DNA of 64,000 bases from Bacilli bacterium (GCA_017937305.1 JAGBDV010000002.1:68405-132404); one strand, 5' to 3'; shown: positions 38,179-49,295, counted from the stretch's first letter. Translations and numbers: made by a program. Notes: generated by a model from the letters alone, not told the origin.

Positions 38179-39312
38179 TTAATTATTTTGGCGCTTAAAT
38201 TTATACATCAACTCATCAGCTCTTCTGATTGTCTTATTAATGTTTTTATCAAGTTCTTCATCAAAGATTGCATAACCAGCTGAATATGATAAATCTTCAG
38301 TTTCTTTAAAATTATAGAATTCTTCTTTAATATTACTAAGTAATTTTTTAATGATTTCTTTTGTTGCATTAGGAATGAATACTACGAATTCATCTCCACC
38401 AATTCTATACATAACACCAATACGTTCTTTTAGATTCTTATATGAATTTGCAAAATTACAAATAAATCTGTCTCCTGCATCATGACCTTTTTCATCATTT
38501 AATTTCTTAAGTCCATTTAAGTCAAATACAACAACACCAACATTTTTCATTTCATTCTTAACAATCATGTTGTTTAAGTCTATTTGATAAGCATTTCTAT
38601 TTTTAAGACCAGTCATAATATCAGTATTAGACATATCTTGGTAGAATGGATTTGAAATACGTTTAAATACAATATATGATACAACTCCTGCAAGTAATAA
38701 CGATAAACCAATAATAATCGGAATAAAAATACGAATATTATGGAAAGTTTGATATTGTCTGCTTGCATCAAAGATAATACCTAAGGCACCAATAACTTCT
38801 TCACCTTCTAGTATAGGATAATAAAATGAATAAAATTGGCTGATATCTAGATTTTTAATATCACTTGGGTAAACTCTTTGTCCATCAAATGCATGTGAAA
38901 TCTTATCATATGTTCTTGGATCAACAGCTTGACCTGGATATTTATAGTTTTCTGATTCAGTAGTTAAATTACTAACATGATGTCTAATAACACCTTCATT
39001 ATCCATATACGCAGTAAAAATATAAGCTATGCCCGCAGCTTTTGATATATAAGCTAATTCTTTTTGTAATTCTTTATATCTTTCTATATTAACATCAGTT
39101 TCTAAAGTAATAATATTAAAATCAGTTCTACTTATTTCTTGACAAACAAGCTCATAAGTGTCTTCTGCATGGTATCTAATATTATCAAGGGTGTGAGTAT
39201 AAGTAACATTATACATAATTGATGTACATGAAACTGTTGCAAGAATTACGATAATTGTTGTTAGTAACATTACTTGAATATCTACTCTTTTTAATAGTCC
39301 GTGTAATTTCAT
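38179..39312 (-). CDS. Membrane-bound diguanylate cyclase (extracellular sensor + GGDEF)
   Basis: Two TM segments flanking a sensor domain; D.MTGLKNR, DLNGLK..ND..GH..GD, RIGGDEF. Confidence 0.9.
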   Translation of the reverse strand: MKLHGLLKRVDIQVMLLTTIIVILATVSCTSIMYNVTYTHTLDNIRYHAEDTYELVCQEISRTDFNIITLETDVNIERYKELQKELAYISKAAGIAYIFTAYMDNEGVIRHHVSNLTTESENYKYPGQAVDPRTYDKISHAFDGQRVYPSDIKNLDISQFYSFYYPILEGEEVIGALGIIFDASRQYQTFHNIRIFIPIIIGLSLLLAGVVSYIVFKRISNPFYQDMSNTDIMTGLKNRNAYQIDLNNMIVKNEMKNVGVVVFDLNGLKKLNDEKGHDAGDRFICNFANSYKNLKERIGVMYRIGGDEFVVFIPNATKEIIKKLLSNIKEEFYNFKETEDLSYSAGYAIFDEELDKNINKTIRRADELMYKFKRQNN

Positions 39313-39414
39313 AGCAAATTCTCTTCTTTCTCTTTTTTATTATATACTATTTTATTTTATATTTCAAGAAAAAGAAAAACTACATCTATTTTTTAAAGAA
39401 ATAGTCTATCGATA

Positions 39415-40341
39415 TCATAATAAATCTAGTAAAATATTATAATTAATTAGATTTAATATTATAGAAAAAATTATTGGTATTGGAAATATTAATACACTAA
39501 ATAAAATAATTAAAATAAAAGATGAATTTTTAATTTTTTTCAATTTAAATCGCATAAAAGTAATAAATTGATAAATCAGATAAAAACTATACATAAATAA
39601 TATAGTTGAAAGCATTATTATTACTATTTGAATTAATTCATTATTATTATATACATATCTATTAAATAAAAACAATAGTAGGATAATAAGTAATATATAT
39701 CCAATAGCATATATTGTTTTAAATTTTAGTGGTAATTTAATCTTTAATGTATAATCTTTTATCAGTTTTAGTCTTATAACTATTAATGCAAAAACTAAAT
39801 ACAATAAAATTGATTTAATTAAGGAATCAACAATAATGATAATAATAACCGAAATATTAACAATAGAAGATATTAGTTCAGTATTTTGAAAACCTATTGT
39901 ATTTGCGAAATTTAATGCAAGTTCTTCTAAATCAGCCCAATAGCCTATTCCATTAATTAATTCAAATGAATAAATGCTTAATAATGATGCACATAAACAA
40001 GAAATAAAAGTTAGTACATAATTAATTATTTTAACTTTATTATACTTTTCTAAGCAACCAAAAACAAAACCAATAATTATATTTGGCATTATTACCATTA
40101 ATGCAATTAATGGATTGACAAATAAGAATGATAAAGTAATTGATGCTGCAAGAACTGCAATGGAATAGCTAATCTTATTACGGGCTATATATATCGCCAT
40201 AAGAAGTGGAGTGAAATAATATATTAGACTATCTGTTCCAGTAATTAAATATCTTGATATTATTGCAAGAAGTGCATATCCAGCAGTAAATATTCCACCT
40301 TCAGTAATTGCTTTTATCGATTGATTAATTTTTTTACTCAT
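39415..40341 (-). CDS. DUF2232 (YybS-like) membrane protein
   Basis: KAITEGGIFTA N-terminus and many TM segments. Confidence 0.65.
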   Translation of the reverse strand: MSKKINQSIKAITEGGIFTAGYALLAIISRYLITGTDSLIYYFTPLLMAIYIARNKISYSIAVLAASITLSFLFVNPLIALMVIMPNIIIGFVFGCLEKYNKVKIINYVLTFISCLCASLLSIYSFELINGIGYWADLEELALNFANTIGFQNTELISSIVNISVIIIIIVDSLIKSILLYLVFALIVIRLKLIKDYTLKIKLPLKFKTIYAIGYILLIILLLFLFNRYVYNNNELIQIVIIMLSTILFMYSFYLIYQFITFMRFKLKKIKNSSFILIILFSVLIFPIPIIFSIILNLINYNILLDLL

Positions 40342-40342
40342 A

Positions 40343-40738
40343 CTATCTTTTTAAAAAATAATCAATAATATCTTGTCTTGTAACAATGCCAATAAACATG
40401 TCTCGATCATCAATTACAGGAATAAAGTTTTCTGTTTTAGACAAATTAATTAAGTTAGACATATCTTCTGTAACTCTTATTGGTTGATTATCTCTTCTTC
40501 TTTCTATATCTTTTAATAGTACTTTTTCAGAAGCCTTTAAATCAAATACACCTTGGTCCTTGAAATACCACAAAAAATCTCCTTCTGAAATAGTACCTAT
40601 ATATTTACCTTCTTCATCAATTAAGGGCACTGCGGTAAAACCACTTCTATTCATAATTTCAAGACCCGCTCTTAAAGTATTATTTGTATTTAGAACTGTT
40701 AAATTTGCTTTTGGTTTTAAGAAAAATAATATATTCAT
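40343..40738 (-). CDS. Stand-alone tandem CBS domain protein (YkuL/DarB-like)
   Basis: Two CBS motifs (AVPLIDEEGKYIGTISEGD; FIPVIDDRDMFIGIVTR). Confidence 0.85.
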   Translation of the reverse strand: MNILFFLKPKANLTVLNTNNTLRAGLEIMNRSGFTAVPLIDEEGKYIGTISEGDFLWYFKDQGVFDLKASEKVLLKDIERRRDNQPIRVTEDMSNLINLSKTENFIPVIDDRDMFIGIVTRQDIIDYFLKR

Positions 40739-40780
40739 ATAATTACTCCTTTTTGTAAAAGTCTATAATATGAGTTTTAA

Positions 40781-41563
40781 CTAATTGTTAATAACCTCGT
40801 CATTGTTTATTATTTTCTTTGGAGTTGAAAAAATTAATATTAAAGATTTGACAATGTTAATATAGTATGTAATAGAAAGAAATATTAGTAAAGGAATTAT
40901 AATTAAATAAATAGAACCAAATGACAATAACAACTCAATTGCTGCACCATTACTTAATTCTCCAGATGCATCTACATTTTCTCTTATAAATGTGAAAACA
41001 TTTCCTAATACAAATAACATTATTGTAAAAAGTAGCATTAATAAGAAGTTTGATACTGCAAATTTCTTTGTAGCTTTTCTTAATTTATTAGTATGTTCTT
41101 TATCGACATTTTGATATTGAATTCCATTTCCAAAAGATTTAAGCGCATATCCAAAGAAAAATACTGCTACTGTACTAGTTAAAAAGAATGTTCCATACGA
41201 TTTCATGAAATTTTGCGTTAATGATAATAAAAGTGCTTCATTTTGAGGGTTTTTTAGTGCAATAGAATAAAATTCAAATATACCAACGTACTTTCCTCCG
41301 ATAATTAATGGTGAAAACAGTGTAAATAAAAATACTGCAATAATACCAACAATTGATAAAATAGCACCATTATTGAATTCTTGATAATGTGTTTCTTTAT
41401 ATAATCCTTTTAATCCTATCATCATTAAAAATAATGATATTAATAAAGTAATTGGTAATGAGACAACTTCTATATGTTGTCCGATTCCAATAAATGGTAC
41501 CATTGCCATTATAAATTGTAATATAATAGATATTCCAATTAAAATAAAATTCTTCTTTCTCAT
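40781..41563 (-). CDS. Hypothetical multi-pass membrane protein
   Basis: About 6 hydrophobic segments; AGGAG SD. Confidence 0.6.
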   Translation of the reverse strand: MRKKNFILIGISIILQFIMAMVPFIGIGQHIEVVSLPITLLISLFLMMIGLKGLYKETHYQEFNNGAILSIVGIIAVFLFTLFSPLIIGGKYVGIFEFYSIALKNPQNEALLLSLTQNFMKSYGTFFLTSTVAVFFFGYALKSFGNGIQYQNVDKEHTNKLRKATKKFAVSNFLLMLLFTIMLFVLGNVFTFIRENVDASGELSNGAAIELLLSFGSIYLIIIPLLIFLSITYYINIVKSLILIFSTPKKIINNDEVINN

Positions 41564-41633
41564 AATAATCTCCTTTTTTATTATTATATCAAATCTTACT
41601 CAATATAGCAAGAATTCAAAAAAAGATTCTAAA

Positions 41634-42812
41634 TTAAATTTTAGAATCTCTTCTTTTAATTATATATATAAATATTGTAATTACTGCAGCAACACCAAGC
41701 ATGCCTGAACATATATAAAATAATAAAACAGAACTATTAGCATAGATTACACCCCCAATTAAGACCCCAATAATACTTCCTAAAGAGATGAAGCTTTGTC
41801 TAAGCCCCATTAAGATACCAGATTGAATGTTTTTATGTTCATTTAAATATTCAACAATAACAGGTTCAATAATTGCTTTTGTGATAATAAATATCATATA
41901 AAAAGTATATATATTAAATAATAAATTAGGTAATGTAAAAGTAAGTAATAACATTGCTGAACCGATGATTGATAAAATTGAAAGTGTAAGTAATGGTTTA
42001 AATCTTTTAATTATTAATGGTGTAAATAATAGATTTACTAATAATGTTAAGCACCCTACTATTAAATTAACTGTTCCTAGTTTTAAAGATCCATATCCAG
42101 AATCAGAGAAATACACATCTAAATATTTTGAAACATCAGTAAAGGATATATTAATTACTGCAATAACAAATAAAAATATTACTAAAGATATAGGCAATAA
42201 TTTTATATCATTTAAACTCTTTAAAGGATTTATACTTCTTACATTTAGTTTTTCTTCATCTTTAAAATTCATCAATATTAATACATATAACGCAAAAACT
42301 AGCATGGATAATGCCTGGATAAAAAAGACATAATGATAATTTGGATTAAATACTTCTCCTAAAGCTCCACCAATAAAAGAACCAAGAGAAGTTCCTACAA
42401 GTTGTAATGAAATGAAAGTTGCATAAAGTCTAGGACCATTATATTTAGATAAATCCTTACTTCTTGTCATATATGATAAGAATGATACTAAAATACCTCC
42501 ACTAAATATTCCTGAAAATAATCTAGCAGCGATAATTAGATATTGATTTTTTAATACTCCAAATAATATTTGTCCTACTCCATAAAATACTAAGCAAATA
42601 ATTAAAATCCATTTTCTCCCCTTTGCATCTCCAAGTGCTCCCCATATAGGAGCAAATATTAACATCCCTAAAGACATTGCAGCAAAGAAATAACCAAAAA
42701 CAATTTTATCTAAGCCTAATTGATTTATATAATAAGGAGTAATTGGATGTCCAATGTTAGTTGTGATTCCAACAAGTAATCCAGCTATTAATAAAGATAT
42801 ATATTTTTTCAT
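41634..42812 (-). CDS. MFS transporter
   Basis: Motif A WGALGDAKGRK; about 12 TM segments. Confidence 0.9.
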   Translation of the reverse strand: MKKYISLLIAGLLVGITTNIGHPITPYYINQLGLDKIVFGYFFAAMSLGMLIFAPIWGALGDAKGRKWILIICLVFYGVGQILFGVLKNQYLIIAARLFSGIFSGGILVSFLSYMTRSKDLSKYNGPRLYATFISLQLVGTSLGSFIGGALGEVFNPNYHYVFFIQALSMLVFALYVLILMNFKDEEKLNVRSINPLKSLNDIKLLPISLVIFLFVIAVINISFTDVSKYLDVYFSDSGYGSLKLGTVNLIVGCLTLLVNLLFTPLIIKRFKPLLTLSILSIIGSAMLLLTFTLPNLLFNIYTFYMIFIITKAIIEPVIVEYLNEHKNIQSGILMGLRQSFISLGSIIGVLIGGVIYANSSVLLFYICSGMLGVAAVITIFIYIIKRRDSKI

Positions 42813-42878
42813 ATTTTCACCTATTTAATATATATGATTTATTTTAATAAATAAAACATAGGTTAAGACCTATGTTTA

Positions 42879-44285
42879 TTAAATTTCTACGTTTAATTCG
42901 TTTTTATGCTTTTTTGTCTCTTTCATTAAGAAAGATAATAGCAATCCTAAAGCAACAAATACTGATATGCTTTCAGCAATAGGAGTAGCCCATAAAACAC
43001 CAAATTCACCAATTGAATCAACTAAGATAAACATTAGAGGAATATCTAATAGGCCTTTTCTTAAGATTGATAAGATAAACGATGAAACTTTTTTTCCTGT
43101 TGCTTGAAAGACCGTATTAGTTGCAAATGAAATCGAACAAAGCGGTACAGCTACTTCAATAATATGTAAGAATTCTACACCATACCTAATTACATTTTCT
43201 TGTCCTGGAACAAAGAATGCAACAAGTTGTCTTGTAAAAAGTTGGAATAATGTTATTGCAGCTAGTGAAAAACCAATTGCAGTTGCAAACATAAAAGCAA
43301 TTCCTTTTTTCATACGTTTAACATTTTTTGCAGCATAGTTATACGCAATAAACGGTAGCATACCTTGAGTTATACCCATACATATGTTAAATGCTAAGGT
43401 ATTAATCTTTTTAGCAACACCAAGTCCTGCAAGTGAAGGGCTTTGAAGCTCAACAGGTACTGCACCTTTTACCAAAGTATTTGCAAAAATATTAGATACC
43501 ATTGCAAGTGTTGTACTTAATGCAGCAGGGAAACCAATAAATAATACTTCTTTAGGAATTGAATGTTTTAATGAAATATCCTTTGGATTTAATGTAAAAA
43601 CTTTAATTTCTTTATGTTTAATTATATATATGATAAAGAAAATTGTAGCTGCAACATTAGAAAGCATTGTTGCTAGACCTGCTCCTAATACTTCATTTCC
43701 TTTTGGTAATAGTACAAACATAAATAAAGGGTCTAAAATTATATTTAAAACTCCACCTAAACCCATACCAATACTTGCTTCTTTAGATGCACCTACTGCT
43801 CTAACTAGATGTCCAAATACATTATTTAAAATTGTGGGAAGACTACCTATAATCATTGTAATTAATGCATAGTTAAATATATATTCATATGTAACATCTG
43901 ATCCACCAACAGCATAGATAATAGGCTTTGCAAATATTAATATTACTAGACTATATAATATAGATGCAGCAATACTTCCCCATAATGAGAATGCAAATAC
44001 ATGCTTAGCTTTATTAGGTTCTTTTCTTCCAAGATATCTTGCAATTAAGCTAGAACCCCCAATTCCAAATAGACTTGCTACTGCATTCATGATAATAAAT
44101 ACAGGCATTATTACCGATAAAGCTGCAACTGCATTTTCATCTTTTGTTTGTCCTAAGAACCATGTGTCAGCATAGTTATAAATAATCATTATAATTTGTG
44201 AGATAATTGTAGGTATAGCTAAACTGATAAATGCTTTAGGAATAGAATATTCTTCAAATATTTTTGTTTTGTTATTTTGTTCCAT
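42879..44285 (-). CDS. MATE family efflux transporter (MepA-like)
   Basis: LAIPTIISQ...YNYADTWF, FGIGGSSLIAR, LNIILDPLF. Confidence 0.92.
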   Translation of the reverse strand: MEQNNKTKIFEEYSIPKAFISLAIPTIISQIIMIIYNYADTWFLGQTKDENAVAALSVIMPVFIIMNAVASLFGIGGSSLIARYLGRKEPNKAKHVFAFSLWGSIAASILYSLVILIFAKPIIYAVGGSDVTYEYIFNYALITMIIGSLPTILNNVFGHLVRAVGASKEASIGMGLGGVLNIILDPLFMFVLLPKGNEVLGAGLATMLSNVAATIFFIIYIIKHKEIKVFTLNPKDISLKHSIPKEVLFIGFPAALSTTLAMVSNIFANTLVKGAVPVELQSPSLAGLGVAKKINTLAFNICMGITQGMLPFIAYNYAAKNVKRMKKGIAFMFATAIGFSLAAITLFQLFTRQLVAFFVPGQENVIRYGVEFLHIIEVAVPLCSISFATNTVFQATGKKVSSFILSILRKGLLDIPLMFILVDSIGEFGVLWATPIAESISVFVALGLLLSFLMKETKKHKNELNVEI

Positions 44286-44378
44286 ATTAAATCTCCATTA
44301 AATATATTATACCACTTTTTATAAATTTTTAGTCAGAAATGGCATTAAAAAAAGTACTCTTTAGAGTACTTTTTGCTA

Positions 44379-45545
44379 TTATTTATAATGTTTTAATAAA
44401 TATCCTTCTTTTACTTCCTTGATTGACTTTGAAGCTTCTTCACTTAAGTTATTTAAAACATCTTCTAAACCAATAATATAGATTGAATTTTCACATATAT
44501 CATTATATAAATCTCTTGAAAGTGGAATAATAAAATCTTGAATATCTTTGTATTCTTCTTTTTCTGGCAATTGTGAACATATAAAAATATTAACTGGAGC
44601 ATTAGATTTTGAATAAATACAAACAGTGTAAAGATTTAATTCGTGATAATCAAAGAAATATGTTTGTTCTTCATTGATTACTTTTAATCCTTCTTTTTTG
44701 AAGAATATTGTTCTTTCATCTTTAGTATTACCATTATTTAAATAATCAATATAATCTTCAATAAATATATTTAAATTCTTACTGTATAATCTTGGCTTAA
44801 AGATAATTATTAATGCAATCAATCCACCAATTAAAAGTAAGCAAATTGCCAATAAAATATATTTATTATTAATTACTGATTTTAACATAATTGAACCAAA
44901 TATAGCAACCATTACTACAATTAGTGCCACTTTATTAATTAATTTTTCTCTATTTAAAATCTTTACTGTTTGTGAGTTTGGACTAATCATTGAGTTTGTT
45001 ATTGCGTTACTATTGCAAATAATATATTCAATATAGTCAACATCTTTAGTAGAAGGTTCTTTAAAGTATGTAATTAAATTAAGTACCATAAGTGTTAACA
45101 TAACTGCTGCAACAATGATATAAAAGATTATTAATTGATTGTTAGATTTAATTGCAGATGCAAGTCTGTCATAAAGTACTTCATCATTAATTGTTACTTT
45201 ATATATATCTTTAGATTCTAAATCATAGATTAGTTCGATTTTATCATCTATTTTTAAATTATCTTTTATTTTAGGTAAGTTTGATACTACTTCAACATTT
45301 AGTAACACAGTAGTTGAATGATTATTATCTTTTAAATCTTTGATATTAAATACATATTCATTTTCTTTTACTTCAAATGTTTCAACAATCCCTTTTGTTG
45401 AATCAAATGATTCTTCATTTAAATTTTTATTATTAGAAAATGCATTAAATATCATTAAGCCGCATACTACAAGAATTAATGCAGTAAATAGTAAATAACG
45501 TTTTGATTTTTGTTTTTTAGGGTTTTGAACGTTTATTGTTTTCAT
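44379..45545 (-). CDS. Hypothetical membrane protein
   Basis: Four TM segments; directly downstream of the YitT-family gene. Confidence 0.6.
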   Translation of the reverse strand: MKTINVQNPKKQKSKRYLLFTALILVVCGLMIFNAFSNNKNLNEESFDSTKGIVETFEVKENEYVFNIKDLKDNNHSTTVLLNVEVVSNLPKIKDNLKIDDKIELIYDLESKDIYKVTINDEVLYDRLASAIKSNNQLIIFYIIVAAVMLTLMVLNLITYFKEPSTKDVDYIEYIICNSNAITNSMISPNSQTVKILNREKLINKVALIVVMVAIFGSIMLKSVINNKYILLAICLLLIGGLIALIIIFKPRLYSKNLNIFIEDYIDYLNNGNTKDERTIFFKKEGLKVINEEQTYFFDYHELNLYTVCIYSKSNAPVNIFICSQLPEKEEYKDIQDFIIPLSRDLYNDICENSIYIIGLEDVLNNLSEEASKSIKEVKEGYLLKHYK

Positions 45546-45548
45546 ATT

Positions 45549-46499
45549 CTACTCCTTTTCTGGATCAGGTGATGGTCTAGTCCAGCCTTCTCCGTTAATT
45601 TCATGTGCTCTATGTATTGAAACAAAAGCAGTTTTATCAATAATATTTACAATATTAATCAAAGTGGAATATTGTCTCATTGTAAATGATACCATAACAA
45701 CTTTTTTACCTTTTTTAGAAAACCCTCCTGTGGCTTCTAAAATTGTAGTTGTTCTGTCTAATTTAGAAATAATAGCTTGATTAATTTCTTCGTGTTTATC
45801 CGAAACAATTTGTGCAATAAATGCTTGAGATTCACCTAAGAATAATTTGTCAATAACTATTGCACATATAAATGCTGAAGCAATACCAAGTAAAGAAAGT
45901 GTTAAATCTTTTAAAACAAATACACCAGCAAGTACTACTGCTACATCTACTATAAATATTACTACAGAACTTCGTAATCGTTTGAACCATTTACAAATCA
46001 CAAATGCGATAATATCAGTACCACCAGTTGAACCACCACCTAAGAATGCAATAGCACAACCAACTCCGACAAAGGCTCCACCAAATACCGATCCTAATAA
46101 TACACTAATTTCACCATATTGAGCAGATATATCAAAGAAATTATTAAATACGCCTGACTCTACTAATCTTACTGAAATTGAAAAGACTGGCGAATAAACT
46201 ATAGTAGATATTAATGTTTTTAAAGAGAATGATTTTCCAAGAACAAACAATCCTAGTAAAAATAATCCCCATGTTACTACAAATACATATATATCATATG
46301 ATTTAAACGCAAGAAACTCAAATTCAGGAATTAAATTATTTAAAGTGATTGCGATTCCCGCGATACCACCAGTGATAATATCAAACGGAAATAAAAACAC
46401 TCCAGTACCAAACGCAAGAATTACCGTTCCAATTATTACTAAGAAGATATTCTTAATCATTATGAAGATTTCTTTTTTTGAATATTTATTTTTATTCAT
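45549..46499 (-). CDS. YitT family membrane protein (DUF161/DUF2179)
   Basis: TGGIAGIA, GGGSTGGTDIIA, C-terminal ID..AFV......I.GEG. Confidence 0.9.
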   Translation of the reverse strand: MNKNKYSKKEIFIMIKNIFLVIIGTVILAFGTGVFLFPFDIITGGIAGIAITLNNLIPEFEFLAFKSYDIYVFVVTWGLFLLGLFVLGKSFSLKTLISTIVYSPVFSISVRLVESGVFNNFFDISAQYGEISVLLGSVFGGAFVGVGCAIAFLGGGSTGGTDIIAFVICKWFKRLRSSVVIFIVDVAVVLAGVFVLKDLTLSLLGIASAFICAIVIDKLFLGESQAFIAQIVSDKHEEINQAIISKLDRTTTILEATGGFSKKGKKVVMVSFTMRQYSTLINIVNIIDKTAFVSIHRAHEINGEGWTRPSPDPEKE

Positions 46500-46576
46500 T
46501 TGTTAACCTCTTTTTGTTTTATAATATTATCATACCACAAAATATAATATTTTAAAAATAATTTATTAATCAATTA

Positions 46577-46633
46577 TTATTTCATTAGTTTTTTTGCTAT
46601 ATTTCCTTCTGTAAAATTATTTACTTGTGACAT
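46577..46633 (-). pseudogene. 5' remnant of a MATE transporter gene
   Basis: AGGAG SD plus ORF MSQVNNFTEGNIAKKLMK*, matching the typical MATE N-terminus (D/N-x-TEG-x-I-x-K-x-L). Confidence 0.7.
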
Positions 46634-46714
46634 ATATTCTCCTAACTTTTAACTTTATATATTATAACATATTTTCTTTTTTAAAAAATAAAAATGCTAT
46701 GTTAACATAGCATT

Positions 46715-47092
46715 TTATTCTTCAGATTCTATTATGAATGCATCAATAGGTTTTTTATTATTTCCCTCAATAAACTTATGTAGATTAGTTAGTTTAATCC
46801 TATTGATAAAACTAGTAATATCATCAAACTCAAATGAATTATAAAGTATAAAGAATGGAGCTTCTGCCATATATATAGCACTTAATGTTATATTTTTTTC
46901 ATAAGTTCCATAATTACAAATAGCTATTAGATGTAGATTAAAATGTTCAAAATCATTTAGTGGTGAAACACCAGATTCTATACGATAAACTATTGATTTT
47001 GAAGATTCTACTGCAACCCTTTCTTTAAATATTTCTAATAGATTGGTTAATGATAAGTCTTGGTTTAAAAGTAAAATGTTTTCCTTTTTCAT
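46715..47092 (-). CDS. Hypothetical protein
   Basis: 125 aa ORF with an AGGGG SD, followed by a terminator hairpin (46690-46715). Confidence 0.55.
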   Translation of the reverse strand: MKKENILLLNQDLSLTNLLEIFKERVAVESSKSIVYRIESGVSPLNDFEHFNLHLIAICNYGTYEKNITLSAIYMAEAPFFILYNSFEFDDITSFINRIKLTNLHKFIEGNNKKPIDAFIIESEE

Positions 47093-47184
47093 GTTATCCC
47101 CCTTTTTGCTATCTTTAGTATTCTTTTAAACAAGTAATATAATCTCACAAAATAACATAAATTTCATTAAATATACATTATTTT

Positions 47185-47511
47185 TTATAATTTATTATAT
47201 TTTTCCGATGAACCATATGATTTTTCAATCGGATATTTTACAGCATTTTGATCCATCTTCTTATGAATGCAATCAATAATATCAACATTTAAGACAAGTG
47301 ATAATTGTATACAGTAATTCATTACGTCTGATAATTCTTCTAATAAATGTTCTTTATCAAATTCAGTATCAGACCATTGAAAGCATTCTAATAATTCTGC
47401 AGCTTCAATAGAAATTGATTTTGCAAGGTTTACTGGTGTATGAAATTGTTCCCAATTTCTATCTTTAGTAAATTTATCTATTCTTTCTTTTAATTCTTCA
47501 AAACGTTCCAT
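47185..47511 (-). CDS. MazG-like nucleotide pyrophosphohydrolase (dCTPP-like)
   Basis: RNWEQFHTP.NLAKSISIEAAELLECFQW, EELSDV. Confidence 0.9.
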   Translation of the reverse strand: MERFEELKERIDKFTKDRNWEQFHTPVNLAKSISIEAAELLECFQWSDTEFDKEHLLEELSDVMNYCIQLSLVLNVDIIDCIHKKMDQNAVKYPIEKSYGSSEKYNKL

Positions 47512-47519
47512 ATATACCT

Positions 47520-48677
47520 CTATTTAAATTTAAACTTCAATAATACAGGATCATGATCACTAAATGCAAAGTGTTCTAAATCTTTATTTCCACTTTTTGT
47601 AACAATTGTGTCACATGATACTACTTCAATATTATTAGAAATAATAAATCCATCAATTGAAGTTACATACCCTTCTCCAATTTCCCATTCTACAGATATA
47701 TCTCTTGATGTTGGAGCATTTGAACTACAAATTACTTGATACCCTTCAGTAATAGCACAAGTATTATCTTCATTAAAGAACATTTGTAACCAAACTGGTT
47801 TCTTATGAGATATGTAATCTATAAATGGATTTGTTGTTTCGCTATAATTGTGAAGTGGGTTGTTAATTAATAAATCATGATTGAAATCTCCACCAACTAT
47901 TACATAATAACCTTTTTGTTTTACCTCATCTAAATAACTATTTAATTCATTTAGTTGTTTTTCCCTAATTACTCCACCTTCATCGTATGCAGACATATGG
48001 ATATTAACAATAATTAACTTATTATTATTTGATAGTTGAAATTCATTTGCAACAAAACATCTATCTAAATCAAATAATTTTGAAAAGTCTTCTGCGACAG
48101 TTAATGAATATCTTGTTGATGATTCTATTTTATATCTAGATAATGTAGCAATACCTGCATTTACTCTTCCGTGCATATCGTGAAGTGGATAAGGTAAATA
48201 AACACTATGGAAATTAACTCCAAATGTAGATGTATAGGTATTAAAACTATTTTTTATCATTTGATATTGATCAACAAAATAACTTCTTGTAGAATATGTA
48301 TCTACTTCTTGGAACAAGCAAAAATCAGGATCTAAGTCGACAATTGTTTGAATAGCATTTGATGTATTAAATTGTACTACTTCTTTAGAACGAGCTTTTG
48401 ACCACTTTCCTTTTGTTTCTTTTCCTTCTTTTGTTTCTCCAGAATCCATAAAGAAAGTATAATCTTGAGAATGAGCTCCAAATCCAATATTATATGTGGA
48501 AATTGTATATTCTTCATTAATATCAATAACAGCATAACTTTGATTATTTTCTATTTCTAGTATTTGTTTATCTTCAATTCTGTAATATGATGAGAACACA
48601 AATATTACATATGCAACAATTACTAGAATAATTAAACTAAAGAATAGACCTATACTTTTTAAAATTTTCTTTTTCAT
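47520..48677 (-). CDS. Membrane-anchored endonuclease/exonuclease/phosphatase family protein
   Basis: N-terminal TM; TYNIG, FQEVD, NIHMSA, GGDFN, SDHDPV. Confidence 0.9.
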   Translation of the reverse strand: MKKKILKSIGLFFSLIILVIVAYVIFVFSSYYRIEDKQILEIENNQSYAVIDINEEYTISTYNIGFGAHSQDYTFFMDSGETKEGKETKGKWSKARSKEVVQFNTSNAIQTIVDLDPDFCLFQEVDTYSTRSYFVDQYQMIKNSFNTYTSTFGVNFHSVYLPYPLHDMHGRVNAGIATLSRYKIESSTRYSLTVAEDFSKLFDLDRCFVANEFQLSNNNKLIIVNIHMSAYDEGGVIREKQLNELNSYLDEVKQKGYYVIVGGDFNHDLLINNPLHNYSETTNPFIDYISHKKPVWLQMFFNEDNTCAITEGYQVICSSNAPTSRDISVEWEIGEGYVTSIDGFIISNNIEVVSCDTIVTKSGNKDLEHFAFSDHDPVLLKFKFK

Positions 48678-48766
48678 ATTTATTATCTTCTTTCTTATCT
48701 ATAATTATATCAAATTTATTATTTTTTTTCTATAAATAAATTAAAAAACTAGTAGAAATATTACTA

Positions 48767-49291
48767 CTAGTTATAAAATTTATTTAATACAACATCAAAA
48801 GCTTTTGAACAATGATTATATAGCCATATTATGGATAAAAAACTACTGCATGCAAGAATGGCTTCAAATGGTAAATCTGCAATTAAGTAATATGTAATTA
48901 TAGATAAATTAACAGTGCTATTTGCAACTAGAATATTAGGTATTATAAATATCCATGAAAATATTAATGATCCTATTATTCCTACAGTGCCTAATATCAA
49001 AGATGAATTTGTCTTTTTAAAGAATGTGCAACAAATAAGTGGTATACTTAACCAACCTAAAACCATAAATGGAAAATAATATAGATTTAGACTTCCAGTA
49101 ATTAAGCAATCTAGTAACGTATGAATTACAATAATAATACTTGTTTTAACAAATCCTAACTTCTTACTAAATAATACTAGTAGTAAAACTGTTAACTGAA
49201 TATTAGGTAGAAAAGATAATATCTGTTCTTGAACAAAAACTATTGATATACATGCAGCAACTAATACAATATCTTTAATAGAAAACTTCAT
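48767..49291 (-). CDS. ECF transporter S component, cobalamin-type (CbrT-like)
   Basis: FLPNIQ motif, about 5-6 TM segments, downstream of a B12 riboswitch. Confidence 0.78.
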   Translation of the reverse strand: MKFSIKDIVLVAACISIVFVQEQILSFLPNIQLTVLLLVLFSKKLGFVKTSIIIVIHTLLDCLITGSLNLYYFPFMVLGWLSIPLICCTFFKKTNSSLILGTVGIIGSLIFSWIFIIPNILVANSTVNLSIITYYLIADLPFEAILACSSFLSIIWLYNHCSKAFDVVLNKFYN

Positions 49292-49295
49292 AATT

